A stretch of DNA of 41,003 nucleotides, from positions 136,551,132 through 136,592,134 of the forward strand of contig NC_068982.1 in the NCBI RefSeq assembly GCF_001194135.2, given 5' to 3'. This document shows positions 11,286 to 23,869 of the stretch, in pieces (within the stretch, counting starts at the first letter, position 1; each line of letters starts with the position of its first letter). Source of the stretch: Octopus bimaculoides (taxonomy: Eukaryota). The notes below the pieces were generated by a model. It was not told the DNA's origin, ran no database searches, and saw only the letters and a program-made list of their open reading frames with translations. A program made the position numbers and the translations under genes.

Positions 11286-12550
11286 CTTCAAATCGTATTT
11301 ATTACTTAGATGTAAAAAATTATATGCTATATTTTATTATATATCATATATTTTGTGCTTCACTTTATTATATGAATGTTTTACTTTCTCGCGAACAAAA
11401 GATAAAAATTTAAAAGCCTTGACTAATGAGATTTATTCCGATTAAGCTTTTTTCAAAATACATTTGAAATGGTGCAAAAAAATTATGTTTTTAACAGTAA
11501 AACGTCACTTTATACTAAAATACTGATCACGTGGCATTGGGTTATTTTTATTAGATTACTGACCTGAATACCATTTCAGAGATCATTTTTTGACACAGCA
11601 TCGATGCAAGCTGTATAATTACTAAGCTTTTCTAGTAGTGAACGTATCTGAATTAGAATCTTGTCACAGTCTAATTAATGATTTGTTATAATCAAAAGTG
11701 TAATGTTATTTCTGTCACTAACAATGAGGCCTGAAATATTTTAGTTGTATATAAAAATACATCGAATAATACCTTCCTACATATATGTACGTGTGTGAGA
11801 GAGAGTGTGTGTGTCTGTGTGTATAAAAAATGAATAGGCACATATATATGTAAGTACGTATGTATACACACACTCGTATATACACATACAAAAATTTATA
11901 TGCATGAATATATAAATGTATATAAATGTATGTTTGAATACAAATGTCTATATGTGATACCGAAGACAAGCTATATACAAAAGCTTAATTTTTTTGAATG
12001 TATAGAAAACCAGGTTCATAATCTGTTTTTTTAATTGGATGCAGAATCATAATTTGAAAATATAAAGAATTTATACAAAATAAAGTGAATGAAAAATAGT
12101 TATAAAATGTAACTCATTAAAAAACGTGAAACAGTTATGATTTCCAAAAGTAAGGTAATGAAAAATATAGTCGTAAATGTGTAAAATGAAGGGATAATGG
12201 TTGGCCATGAAAGATAATATATTGACAAAAATATAGATACAATAGGTTTGGGAAAGGGGAGAGAGAGAGAGAGAGAAGAGAGAGTGGGAGAGACTGACTG
12301 ACAGGCAGAAACGTATCTGTGCCTTACACATCACTATCACTAATAATTGTAAGCCAACACATAAAGATAACGAGTCTAATTATAATAGTGATAACCGACT
12401 TGAACCAGGCCTATGAACACTTACGCATATACGTGTAAAAGAGAGTGTTTATACGTAGAGAGAAATTGATAGGCAAGATCTGCCGTAAGAGCCAGAACCC
12501 CCCCCCCCNNNNNNNNNNAAAACCCCTTTGACTAATATATTCACCTTTAT

Positions 12551-12787
12551 GAAGGCGGCGAGCTGGCAGGAACGTTGGCAGGCTGGACGAAATGCTTAGC
12601 GGTATTTCGTCTGTCTTTCCGTTCTGAGTTAAAATTCCGCCGAGGTCGACTTTACCTTTCATCCTCTCAGGATGGATAAATTAAGTACCAGTTACACACT
12701 GGGGTCGATGTAGTAGACTTAATCCCCTTGTCTGTCTTTGTTTGTCCCCTCTATGTTTAGCCCCTTATGGGCAATAAAGAAATAAGA
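12551..12787 (+). mobile_element. SINE family A, full length
   Basis: GAAGGCGGCGAGCTGGCAG...GGGCAATAAAGAAATAAG, collinear with 9-243. Confidence 0.92.
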
Positions 12788-12972
12788 ATCTTTAATACAC
12801 CGAACAAAATGCATAGCGGCATTTCATCCGTCCTTATGTTCTGATTTCAAATTCCTCCGAGATCGACTTCGGGGTCGATAAAGCAAGTACTAGTCGAATA
12901 CCGAAATCGATGTAATGTAGTCGACTAAACCCATACTACGAATTCGCTGGCTTTGTGCCAAATATTGAAACC
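12788..12972 (+). mobile_element. Older family-A-related SINE lacking its first ~20 nt and carrying a different 3' tail
   Basis: AAAATGCATAGCGGCATTTC...GTTCTGATTTCAAATTCC...GGGGTCGATAAAGCAAGTAC, followed by the tail GCTGGCTTTGTGCCAAATATTGAAACC. Confidence 0.7.
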
Positions 12973-13225
12973 AATATATTCACTTAATAAAAATACGAGG
13001 GCATATTTTTTTTGAGTTATGGATGGCTAAACAACTATTTTTATACGTATACGTACATCCACCCATCCATACATACATACATGCCTGCATACTTACATAA
13101 TACACACAGGGTCTTGAAGATGAATTAAAACCAATTTTAAGCAGTCGATTTAGTGGGTTTAACATTTCATTTGTTGACAAAACTTGCTTGCTTGAAAATA
13201 TAATCCTCCTCTTTATTCTTCAGGT

Positions 13226-13581
13226 AATTAGCAAACTCTTTCGAAGTTTTGGCTTGACAATGTCGTACTTATCAAGGATTCTGCACGATGCCATGGGCCA
13301 AAAACAATACAGGTCTTCTTGGTGAGAATGTGCCATTTTTGATGAGGGCCAACATCTGGCCCAGTAACAGCCTAGACCTCAACTTTCTCCATTACTTTTT
13401 ATAGGGCGTAGTTCGAGCAAGGGCTAATATTTCACCACACTCGAGTGTCAACAGTTTGAATACCTGCATTGTGTGTGCAACAGGCAAAATCAAAAAGATA
13501 GAGGTTACGACCGCTGCAAAACAATTTCATTCTTGTGTGAAGGCATTAACTGCTCAAAAGGGTGGTCATATTGAGTGATAA
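13226..13581 (+). mobile_element. DD37D (maT-like) transposase, C-terminal relic
   Basis: KDSARCH...NIWPSNSLDLNFLHY...KGGHIE**. With one frameshift corrected, 37 residues separate the second D from the third catalytic position, which reads H. Confidence 0.8.
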
Positions 13582-13583
13582 AT

Positions 13584-13797
13584 GTTTGCTCGCCGGGCAA
13601 AATGCTTAGCGATATTTCGTCTGCCGCTACGTTCTGAGTTCAAATTCTGCCGAGGTCGACTTTGCCTTTCATCCTTTCGGGGTCGATTAAATAAGTGCCA
13701 GTTACGCACTGCGGTCGATATAATCGCCTTAATCCGTTTGTCTGTCCTTGTGTGTGTCCCCTGTGTGTAGCCCATTGCGGGCAATAAAGAAATAAGA
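13584..13797 (+). mobile_element. SINE family A, 5'-truncated
   Basis: CGCCGGGCAAAATGCTTAGCGATATTTCGTCTGCC...GGGCAATAAAGAAATAAG. Confidence 0.9.
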
Positions 13798-13799
13798 AA

Positions 13800-14628
13800 C
13801 TATTGATCCAAGGCTTAACTTTATCTAGAACCTCAATATACGCAGCAGCATTCACACTAAGGCCTTGGGAAAAAAAGTGGGGAAGCATCAGATGTCCTTC
13901 ATTGCTAACAACACACAAGGCTATGAAACTTGCAGGAAATTTTGTGTGCATTACCCTTGGAACTTCAGAAGAATCTGCACATAGCCATCTTTCAATTCTT
14001 CTGTTAGTGTTTTCTGGTCCTGGTCAAAGTTTTTCTCATCTGAGAAAAACCAAATCACACCATCTTCTGATGGATTATTAGGTTTTCTCAAATGTCTCTT
14101 GGATCTGATTAAACGGTTTACTGTTGTCTCTCTCCGACATAAATTGACCTTTCCTCATTATGTAAGATTTGTATCCGATGTCTTCAGGTACAACATTTCT
14201 GATTGTTTTTCTGACACATAATTCCTTTTTTTTTTTTTGCAGTGGTCTTCATTGATTTTCCTGGTTTGTTTTCAACGTTTTGCTTAACTTCCTGAAAACG
14301 TCAGGTGTCCTGATAGAATCAGAGCGTTTGGAATGTTCTCACGTTTTGATACAGATAATACAGTTCCATCTTTTTCTCTAACTCACACCGAATTTTGAGG
14401 ACAAAAGATCTTGCAACTTTCAGAAAAAGAGAAATTTCTAAATCACCATGCTTAGCCTTCAAAGCCACAATCACAGCACAATAAATGTGTACCAAATTCC
14501 TGTTATGTTTCAAAGAAGTCTGTTTATTTACAAGAATTGATAATCAAATTTACAATTACTCATCGCCTTGATGAAAAATGAGAAGGGATTAGATTTTTTA
14601 TGCCACACCACTTAAATGACATGACTCG
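13800..14628 (-). mobile_element. Tc1/mariner (maT-like) transposon relic, 5' end through the first half of the catalytic domain
   Basis: Minus strand: HTH-like AVIVALKAKHGDLEISLFLKVARSFV, IRTPD, KSYIMRKGQFMSE, NRRIERWLCADSSEVPRVMHTKFPASFIALCVVSNEGHLMLPHFFSQGLSVNAAAYIEVLDKVKPWI; many frameshifts. Confidence 0.85.
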
Positions 14629-16250
14629 GCTTTGCAAAGTTATAATTATTCTATTCTTAATATCTAAATGAGATTGACAATTATATGTCACATTAATTGT
14701 GATGCTGAATTATTGCAATTAGATTTTCCTGGGAAGAAACCACAAATCTGCGATTGCCTACAGCAGTGGTCTAAACCTCTTTTAGTAAACGATATGTCAA
14801 ACTTTTAGCTGGTTTTTCGGTGAAATCAGCCATCTGCATTCGCCTTAAGAAAATAGAGATGAGTACTATACCACATGGATTTCATTCACGTTTTCCCTCA
14901 TCTTATTAATTATTTTTATACTTCAGTAACAATTTCATTTGCGAATCGAACAAATTAAGGTACATCAGTATTAACTTCTTATATCAGAAATCAATATTAA
15001 CAATCTATTGAGAATTAGAAAGTAATACCGTGATATTCACCTTTACACATCATCAGATTGGCAATTGAGTGATATCCATCTTTCACGGAAGAATGTAGAT
15101 CTATTTTTGCTAGGAATTGATATAAAATTGTAGACTTAGTTCGAGACAGCGCAGGCTCATACTATTGGTTGAGAGACTGGCTACTTGGCGTCAGAAGATA
15201 ATGGCAACAAGATATGTATTACAATCTCTTTTCTCTAGTCAACAGATCAGTTCTAAATTTTGATATAATTAACAATTCATTGAATAGTTGTCATGAATAG
15301 AGAAAAGTTGTTGTTTTTTTTTTACTCATAGAGAAATATTTCTTGAAAAGATGCACAATGTGATATACAATAGTCAGGCCTGTATAAAGAAAACAATTAT
15401 AGTTTCCTATTTGAATCAATACCTTGCTAAAATTAATAATTGCTCATTCTCTCTATGCTCCAGTGCGTCAGTTAGAGATTGTAACTGCACAAATAATATA
15501 ATTCAGCTAAGCTGTCATTACATTGTGCTGTAGTTCCACTTCGAAATATAATAGTAGCTATACATTTTTTAAAAAAATTATTCATCTATATGCATCGGAA
15601 AGTCTGATCATGTTCGCCCAGTATCTCCACTTCACTTAATTTCAGTTGTCTGCCTGTGAATGACATTCTTATTGGCTTCGTAATATTTCTGAAAAGAGTT
15701 TGTCTCAGACATTTTTTATTAATTTTACAAACTATGTAAAAGACGTGTTAAGATGCAATTGCTTAATAATGAATGTATGTGTGTGTGTCTGCGTGTATGT
15801 GTGTACATATATATTATTCTTTATGAAAGTCATTATTGTTAGAGCAAGAAGTGTACCATATCGATATCTGCTTCTCTGTATATAACAGACTAATTTTATA
15901 ACCACATGTTTTCAACTTAAAATTTCAAATATTCGCTGGCATGATTCAGTAAAAATGTATCTGTAATGGTAAAACCAGTCTAATGAATTGAAGAGCTCAG
16001 CTATTAATAAATATTCTTTTACAGGTGAAAGAAAAATAAGGGCTATCAAATGGCTGTAAAATTAAAGTGACGAGGCACGAAATAGAATATGATTATTTTA
16101 GACTGGTTACTCAACAATTGTATTCACTGTCGACCACACCTAAAATTATTACAACTCATTTTCCTTACTGTAAAAATACGGACAGAAACGAACATGTGCT
16201 TAGTCAAAAGGTCAGAAATAATGATTATTATTTTGTATTACTATGAGAAA

Positions 16251-16513
16251 GTGGAGGCACAATGGCCTAGTTGATAGGACAATGGACATGCGGTCATAGG
16301 ATCGCAGTTTTGATTCCCATACCGGACGTTGTGAGTGTTTATTGAGCTAAAACACCTAAAGACTCATTAGGCTCCAGCAGGGAGTGGTGGCGAACCCTGC
16401 TATACTCTTTCAGCACAACTTTCTCACACTCTTCCTGTTTCTGTTGTACCCGTACTTCAAAGAGGCCAGTCGTGTCACACTTAATCTCCCCGGGAACTAC
16501 GTTAAGGGTACAC

Positions 16514-16514
<1 letters not shown>
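16251..16514 (+). mobile_element. tRNA-derived SINE family C, 3'-truncated at (TA)n
   Basis: Collinear with 17228-17495. A-box-like TGGCCTAGTTG; B-box-like GTTTTGATTCC. Confidence 0.88.

Positions 16515-16570
<56 letters not shown>
16515..16570. repeat. (TA)n microsatellite
   Basis: Read directly from the sequence. Confidence 0.97.
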
Positions 16571-16572
<2 letters not shown>

Positions 16573-17227
16573 CATATAAGCACATGCGCGCGCACACACA
16601 CAGATATATTCCTATAATGATATATAGTGCATGTCAGTGCATGTCTATAAAGTTATTAACCAGCACCTTTACAAAGTTAATATATCTGAGCGCAATAAGC
16701 TCGTAGCCTGGCAAAGAAGAGAGTATGATGTCTCCGTATGTTTTGATCCGGTTGGAATATCTGTAAGCAACTGTTTACCTTCCTTAACTATCCACGGGAG
16801 CTTAAAGTACGTTAAAAATATGAATTAGCAGATTTTACACTTTTCCAGAAAGAGAATTGCGATTAATGCAATTCTCTTTCTTTCTCGAAATTAACTCAAT
16901 AATGATTAATGTAGTTTTGATCTCCCAATCTATATAATGAATACTCTTCAATTGACATCGAGCTCTCTCATCTGGCTTGCACAGTATTTTGGGACTAAAT
17001 AATCCAGCCAGCATTGTTGTATTTAATTTCTGTTATCGGAATTGTTTGGTTGCCCATAGTGTTATATGATGTTGAAGTTATGTGTACGATTTACAATGCA
17101 ATATGGTGGGCAACCAACATGAAAACAGTTCATGCGCTCATATTGATGTTCATTCATCTCTATGCAAATAGTTATATACTAAGTACAATATAATAAATAT
17201 TATATAATATATACTAAAACAATTCAC

Positions 17228-17615
17228 GTGGAGGCGTAATGGCCCAGTGGTTAGGGCAGCGGACTCGTGGTCATAGGATCGCGGTTTCGATTCCCGGACC
17301 GGGCGTTGTGAGTGTTTATTGAGCGAAAACACCTAAAGCCCCACGAGGCTCCGGCAGGAGATGGTGGCGAACCCTGCTGTACTCTTTCACCACAACTTTC
17401 TCTCACTCTTACTTTCTGTTCCTGTTGTGCCTGTAATTCAAAGGGTCAGCCTTGTCACACTGTGTCACGCTGAATATTCCCGAGAACTATGTTAAGGGTA
17501 CACGTGTCTGTGGAGTGCTCAGCCACTTGCACGTTAATTTCACGAGCAGGCTGTTCCGTTGATCAGATCAACTGGAACTCTCGACGTCGTAAGCGACGGA
17601 GTGCCAACAACAACA
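17228..17615 (+). mobile_element. tRNA-derived SINE family C, full length
   Basis: TGGCCCAGTGGTTAGG (A box), GGTTTCGATTCC (B box-like), ending GGAGTGCC(AAC)n. CAATTCA at 17220-17226 and 17619-17625 is a possible 7-bp TSD. Confidence 0.9.
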
Positions 17616-19589
17616 AAGCAATTCATAATCATTCCTCAACTAGGCTGCTAGTAGTTTTCTATCATACTATATTATGTATATCTTTACTAACAGAAAAATC
17701 ACTTCAAACCTGATTCAATCAACTATTATTCCCTTTACATACAAACATGTCTAATCAGAAACAATGATTATCATTGTGTATTATTATAAGAAATATTACG
17801 GCGAATAAAGCATGATCGTTTTTATAAATATATTTACAAAGTACTCAGACAGAAAGTTTTTTTATCTCATAAAACTCTGAAACTTGTCTGGTTGAGAAAA
17901 TTACATTAATGTTACCAAATACTTATTGAGAGTAGATAGACACATATGTCGAAAATTCCAAAGAGACTCAGCGTTGAAAATTTCCAGTTAATTTCGTTAA
18001 AATTAAATCAAAGCAATTAGGCTATAAATCAGCAGTATATTTCAAATTTTATGTAAAAGCTAGGAAAATAGTAATGTTGTCTTCTATTAACTCGTGCGTA
18101 TAACATTAATAATATCTATATGTGTGGTATATGATGCGATTGTTAAGGACACTCACTGTTTTTTAAGTCATCTCGGTCTTGTTGTAAATTTATTTCATTC
18201 TCAATCGCCGGCCTGTGTAGATTTATATTGTGGTACGATGGTGAGCAAGAGATCACTACAATAGTCACAAGGTCTCTAACAATGAATCTCTGTGAATAAA
18301 TTCCCATAAATATATAACATAAAACTACACCGCTATAGCTTCCGTTAAAAGATTTACTTATATAAGAAGTTTTCAGCGGTGTTCTAACTGCCTAATCTGT
18401 ATCGAAATGTACTTCTTACTATTTCTGTAATATTTGTCAATCAATAACATTGAATCTTCCCTCTTTTATAATATTTAGATTTGTGTCTTTTATTTAAAGA
18501 AGTTGCCTGAACACTATAAATAACGATTCTAAGCCATGCTCAACAAAACATTTATTTTAAATTTTGTCAGAAAAGGTAAAAAAAAAAAAAGAGAACCTTT
18601 TTTTTCCAGAAACTTGTTTTCGTTTTAATAATGCCAGCACGAAATATTTTTATAACAAAATAACAGATGCTTTAAAACAGCGCAGAAAAGCTGATTGTTA
18701 TCGTAATATAATGGTGAGAAAAAGATGAGAAAAAAATTTTAACTCGTCTTTAAGAGCTGAGTTACAAAGAGAATTAATTAAATTCTATAATTGAAATGTT
18801 TGCAATGTTTATAACAATATTATATTTAAAATGTTTTATTAAAATATTTCTAACCATTAATTATAATAATGACTTTAATGTCAAAATTGTTTTTATAAAA
18901 TTATAAACGCTTTTGGTCCAAAAAGGGATTGATCAGGTTTGTAATTTAAATTCCCTTGAATATTTCAGAGTGCATTTAAAAAAAAATTTTTTTTTTTTAC
19001 ATGAAGGATTTCAGAATCAACTCCAAATAGGATTAGATCAACATTTTAATGGACTGAACTCTATAGGGGAACGTATTGGAACATATATCTTACCCAATCT
19101 AATACATATCAATAACTTGTCACAACAATATTTCGTCAGACAAAACTTTATTAAATACTTGATTTTCGAAAAAAAAAAAAATTTGCTGTTTGCAATTATG
19201 TAGTTGGATTTTTAGAAGTATTTCCTAATGTCTTCGATATCATGTTAAACTAAATAAATGTTAGGAGATTCATATGAAAACTGTTCAAAACGGGAATTCT
19301 TAATGAAATCTCTGTTTTAGTTCCTACCTGTAATTACGTTTTCTGCCTAGACCAATATTACAGATGAATCTTAACATGTTTTACCACCTGTTGAGAGCTG
19401 CCACTTTATTTCGTATCGTGCCGTTGTCATTTATTCTTCACCTTACTCGGAACCTTCCTTATGTTTTCATCTGGAGTTTATAGTCGACTGATGTAGAAAA
19501 AAATAGTGTTAAGAGCGCTGTTTGAAGCAAACATAATGATTTCAGATTTTCGCACAAGGTCAGCAATTTGAGGGAGTCCAGTGCTTAAC

Positions 19590-19735
19590 TCGTACTTAAA
19601 TCGTATATCCCGAATGGATGAAAGACAAAGTCGATCGCGCTGGCATTTGAATTCAGGTCGTATGGTCAGTAGAAATGCTCCTAAGCATTTTGTTCGGTGC
19701 GTTAACTATTCTGCAACCTCGCTGTTTTATTTATC
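19590..19735 (-). mobile_element. Old, degenerate family A SINE fragment
   Basis: AAGACAAAGTCGA...ATTTGAATTCAG...CTAAGCATTTTGTTCGG resembles the reverse complement of the family A head. Confidence 0.55.
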
Positions 19736-20249
19736 GCAAATATCACCGCATGCAGTTTTCATATTGTTTATAAGAAGGGAGCCGTCAAATGAATTATATG
19801 TTTGTTGGAGCAGGATAAGTCTTGATGGATTTGAAAAATACTCGAGCAAAATTTTAAATATAATTCCAGAAAAGAGCGCATTGGCATAGGTTTTATGAAT
19901 TCTTATCATTTACAATGAGTTTAGAATGTCCTTAGTTTGGTATTTCATTGTTTGTTGTATTCTTTACCACTCCTAAAGAGAATTTGTTTAAATTTCCTCA
20001 CATCAAATCAAAAAGCAAACCACTAGTATAATTATTTCTTTCGATCAATGACATTTAGGCAACGTCTATTAAATTAACATGACGTTTCAGGATCCAGTAG
20101 TAGTTTTCCTATAACAAAACATTCATCTGGCTGTCATCATCTACTTTTGTGATCATTGAAATGCTTGTCAGTGAAATCATTTCAGTAATACAAGCAGATG
20201 TAAATATTATAAAAAAGCCATTGCTTCCAAATTTCAATTAAAATCTTTG

Positions 20250-20649
20250 CTCTTTTTACTCTTTTACTTGTTTCAGTCTTTTGACTGTGGCCATGCTGGA
20301 GCACCGCCTTTTAGTCTAATCGACCCCAGGACTTATTCTTTGTAAGCCTAGTACTTATTCTATCGGCCTCTTTTGCCGAACCGTTAAGTTACGGGGACGT
20401 AAACACAACAGCATCGGTTGTCAAGCGATGTTGGGGGGACAAATACAGGCACACACACACACATAAATATATATACATATATACGACGGGCGTCTTTCAG
20501 TTTCCGTCCACCAAATCCACTCAGAAGGCTTTGGTCGGCCCGAGGCTATAGTAGAAGACATTTGCCCAAGGTGCCACGCATTGAGACTGAACCCGGAAGC
20601 ATGTAGTTCGTAAGCAAGCTACTTACCACACAGCCACTCCTACGCCTAT
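20250..20649 (-). mobile_element. SINE family B, full length: tRNA head, CORE-like domain, internal (TA)(TG) tract and LINE-like tail
   Basis: Minus strand: GGAGTGGCTGTGTGGTAAG, GGTTCAGTC, GGCACCTTGGGCAAATGTCTTCTACTATAG, microsatellite, AATAAGTCCTGGGGTCGAT, GGCGGTGCTCCAGCATGGCCACAGTCAAAAGACTGAAACAAGTAAAAGAG. Confidence 0.9.
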
Positions 20650-20681
20650 AGCTTTTTACATTATTTTTCCTTGTTCTAAAC

Positions 20682-21094
20682 CAGTGATTCTTAAATGTTT
20701 TGTAGCGACCCATTTTGGAATAGTTGTTAAGCCTAATGCCTGCCTAATTGGGGAGTGAGTTATCATGACTAAATTAACAGGGATGATAATTTATAAATTT
20801 CACTCTAAAAACGGATTGTACAAGCTTTTAACAGTGAAAGTATAAGAAAATTAACAGATAAAAGTTGTAAATTTACTTTGTTCATTGTAAATTAATGATT
20901 TCTCTGTGCCTGATAAGCTCTTATTTTATTTTAATAACCAATAATAATTTTATCATGTATAAAATAATTACTGTTATAAGTAAAATACAATATGTTAATT
21001 ATGTTCTCTCGCCGCCTCTTAACGCCGCCCTTTAATGCCTTCGAGATGCCCAGGACAACCTTGGGAGCATTACCGCCTACTTTGAAGACTTCTG
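20682..21094. mobile_element. Possible degenerate hAT (Charlie-like) MITE
   Basis: Ends CAGTGATTCTTAAA and TTTGAAGACTTCTG match at 8 of 14 positions. Flanks TTCTAAAC and CCCTAAAA resemble an 8-bp NTCTARAN-type site. Confidence 0.35.
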
Positions 21095-21892
21095 CCCTAA
21101 AATATTAGCAGAAACCACTTGTATAGTCACGTAACGTGCACTTTTCTGAAGCGCCATATAATTGTATTTCAAAATGGATTTTTTTTTATTAACTAAATGA
21201 ACATTCAAGATAAAATACATGCACACACTTTGATATCTCTGTTGGTATTTAGTCAATTTTTATAATCAAGCGCAGCTGGAAATCAAACACAACTTAATAA
21301 GTATTTGTTGTTATCTGTGTTAAAATATTACTTGCAATACACACTGAGGTCATTACATGATTTTCTCAGTAATGGCCGCAGCTGGTATGCTGAAGTATTT
21401 AAAAATTTAATTTGAAGCCTATTTTATTCCTCATATGTCAGAACTTACTTTCATAATAAAAGAAGCAATGATGATTATCATACATTTTAAATANNNNNNN
21501 NNNNNNNNNNNNNNNNNNNNNNNNNNNNNNNNNNNNNNNNNNNNNNNNNNNNNNNNNNNNNNNNNNNNNNNNNNNNNNNNNNNNNNNNNNNNNNNNNNNN
21601 NNNNNNNNNNNNNNNNNNNNNNNNNNNNNNNNNNNNNNNNNNNNNNNNNNNNNNNNNNNNNNNNNNNNNNNNNNNNNNNNNNNNNNNNNNNNNNNNNNNN
21701 NNNNNNNNNNNNNNNNNNNNNNNNNNNNNNNNNNNNNNNNNNNNNNNNNNNNNNNNNNNNNNNNNNNNNNNNNNNNNNNNNNNNNNNNNNNNNNTATATA
21801 TTCTTATATGCACAAATATACACTCACACGTACGCACACACACACGTATGAATGTATCTACAGAGATGTACAGATGTACAGATAGATAAACT

Positions 21893-21954
<62 letters not shown>
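21893..21954. repeat. (GATA)n microsatellite
   Basis: Read directly from the sequence. Confidence 0.97.
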
Positions 21955-22046
21955 CAGTCAGATAGATAGTAATCCTCTTTCCTCCTTGTCCTTCTTCATT
22001 GCAAGCAAATCGTGAGTTGCATGTAGAAGTCTCATACCGTTATTGG

Positions 22047-22105
22047 TTGATGAAGAAAGGGGAATGAAACAGGGAATTGATGAAGAAAGGGGAATGAAAG
22101 GGGAA
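22047..22105. repeat. 30-bp tandem duplication
   Basis: TTGATGAAGAAAGGGGAATGAAA starts at 22047 and at 22077. Confidence 0.9.
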
Positions 22106-22430
22106 TTTAAAAGAGAAATGCTGACAGATGGATGAAGTTTAAAAGAAGGAAAAAACATTAAACGATAAACCATGCAATGTGAAACCAGCAACTGCAACAA
22201 TTGACATGAATCGCCAATGAATGACCGAAGTGATCACAATGGACCACGTATCACGATTTATATGCTTCCTGCACAGTTAGAATGTGATAGCAATGCATTG
22301 CAGATACAGGAAAACATTGGGTGTGAAAAGTATCTACAAAGTGGGTACCTTGGCTGTTGACGCCTGTTTACTTCAGAAGAAGTGTGCAGTGGAAGTTTGC
22401 TCGGATCAACTGAAACGCTTGTGTTTCTTG

Positions 22431-22506
22431 AATCTGGAACTCAACTGAGTATAGAAGGCTCCGAATGACCCGTCCTTGCTTTTTCCTTTCCTTGTTTTGT
22501 ATCGTC
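22431..22506 (-). repeat. Unclassified repeat family E, fragment inverted relative to 23165-23238
   Basis: The reverse complement GACGATACAA...AAGGAAAGGAAAAA.CAAGGA.GGGTCATTCGGAG...CTAT.CTCAGTT.A.TTCCAGAT matches 23165-23238. Confidence 0.8.
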
Positions 22507-23102
22507 CTTCATATAGCATCCCTCAAACATCCCACTACCTTCCAACTCCAGCCTCAATGAATTATCTTGTTTTCACCATTCACTATTTTCTTTCAGCTCT
22601 GATTCATCGACAGACCTTTGCGCTCACGCTTATTTTTAACAAACGCCAAACCCACCCTAGACACACCCAAAATATAGAATCACACAGCACCACACGACCT
22701 GAAGATCAGTTTGACAACCGTCACTGACAAATGAGAGAGCGTTCTCCAGAAAAGTTAACAGGAAATCATTAAAATATCTCCCCGCCGAAGTTAACAATAA
22801 ACTTACTAGATCTACAAACCAAACCGTAAGATTAAATTATATTACTAGGAAAGGAAATTAATTAGAACTATCAATGAAGTCATTCNNNNNNNNNNNNNNN
22901 NNNNNNNNNNNNNNNNNNNNNNNNNNNNNNNNNNNNNNNNNNNNNNNNNNNNNNNNNNNNNNNNNNNNNNNNNNNNNNNNNNNNNNNNNNNNNNNNNNNN
23001 NNNNNNNNNNNNNNNNNNNNNNNNNNNNNNNNNNNNNNNNNNNNNNNNNNNNNNNTGTGTATGTATGTATGTATGTATGTATGTATGTATGTATATATAT
23101 AT

Positions 23103-23385
23103 ATAAAGTAAACAAAAAATGGAACAAAAACGTAACAGATGGCAACCAAACATTCGAACAGTTAGACGATACAAGAAAGGAAAGGAAAAAACAAGGATGG
23201 GTCATTCGGAGTTTCCTATCCTCAGTTAAATTCCAGATCGTCTTTGCATTTCCGGCCGGTTACACTCAAAACTGCTCCAACCTGGCCGACTCCAAGAAAA
23301 TCTAACCTAAAAGCACTAGACTCCTTGGAAGAAAGCAAGCGAATGTATACAAAAACAAAGACGAAAGAATGGAGAAATGGTACAC
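23103..23385 (+). repeat. Unclassified repeat family E, longest copy
   Basis: AAAAAATGGAA...ACAG.TGGC.AC.AAACAT.C..ACAGTTAGACGATACAA is also present at 23880-23945. Confidence 0.75.
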
Positions 23386-23869
23386 AATTACAAATACAGA
23401 CAATAGGACATTAACAATAGGTGTCGTTTGAATAAGGACGAATTAAATTAAGTTGGGCATGTGTGGAAGTGAAGTCTTACGGCAGGAACATAGAAAATGA
23501 AAGTCATGAGAAGGAATATAAGAGATGCTATACAGGTGGTAGTCGAACCAAGAAAGAAAGATTAGGCTGTGCCGAACACCGGTCACGTAGGAGAGGAGAG
23601 AGGTAGGGAGCAGAGTGATTGAAGAATTAGGGAGGGACGAGAAAGAGAGAGAAAGAAAGGAAAGGGACAGAGAGAGGTAAAAGAGGAGGGAAAGTGGGAA
23701 TGAAGGGAAGGCCAAGAAATGTGAGAGGGGAAACAGAAAAAGAAATGTGGAAAGAACGAAAGTGTGAAGGGGGCTAAAAGAAAGTGTAAAAGAGTCGTAC
23801 AAAATTTAGGCATACATATGTAGTTACATACAGGAGTCTAAAAGTGTACGTACGCTGCTATATGTATGT

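Noticed and set aside
13106-14628. A single intact Tc1-like element with an internal inversion
   Set aside because: The putative termini (CAGGGTCTTGAAG at ~13106 and the 14600-14628 end) are not inverted repeats of each other.
15590-15690. Minus-strand GRQLKLSEVEILG, resembling a fucolectin/F5-8 motif
   Set aside because: There is no GT donor after the motif, the frame soon stops, and no other part of the domain was found.
18157-18289. Minus-strand 133-nt exon-like segment (TTCACAG...ACA|GTGAGT) with one open frame
   Set aside because: The splice signals are good, but the peptide has no recognisable homology, it conflicts with a + strand candidate at 18221-18240, and no supported partner exons were found.
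23443-23813. 119-aa and 76-aa minus-strand ORFs
   Set aside because: Purine/pyrimidine low-complexity sequence giving F/L/S-rich pseudo-peptides.
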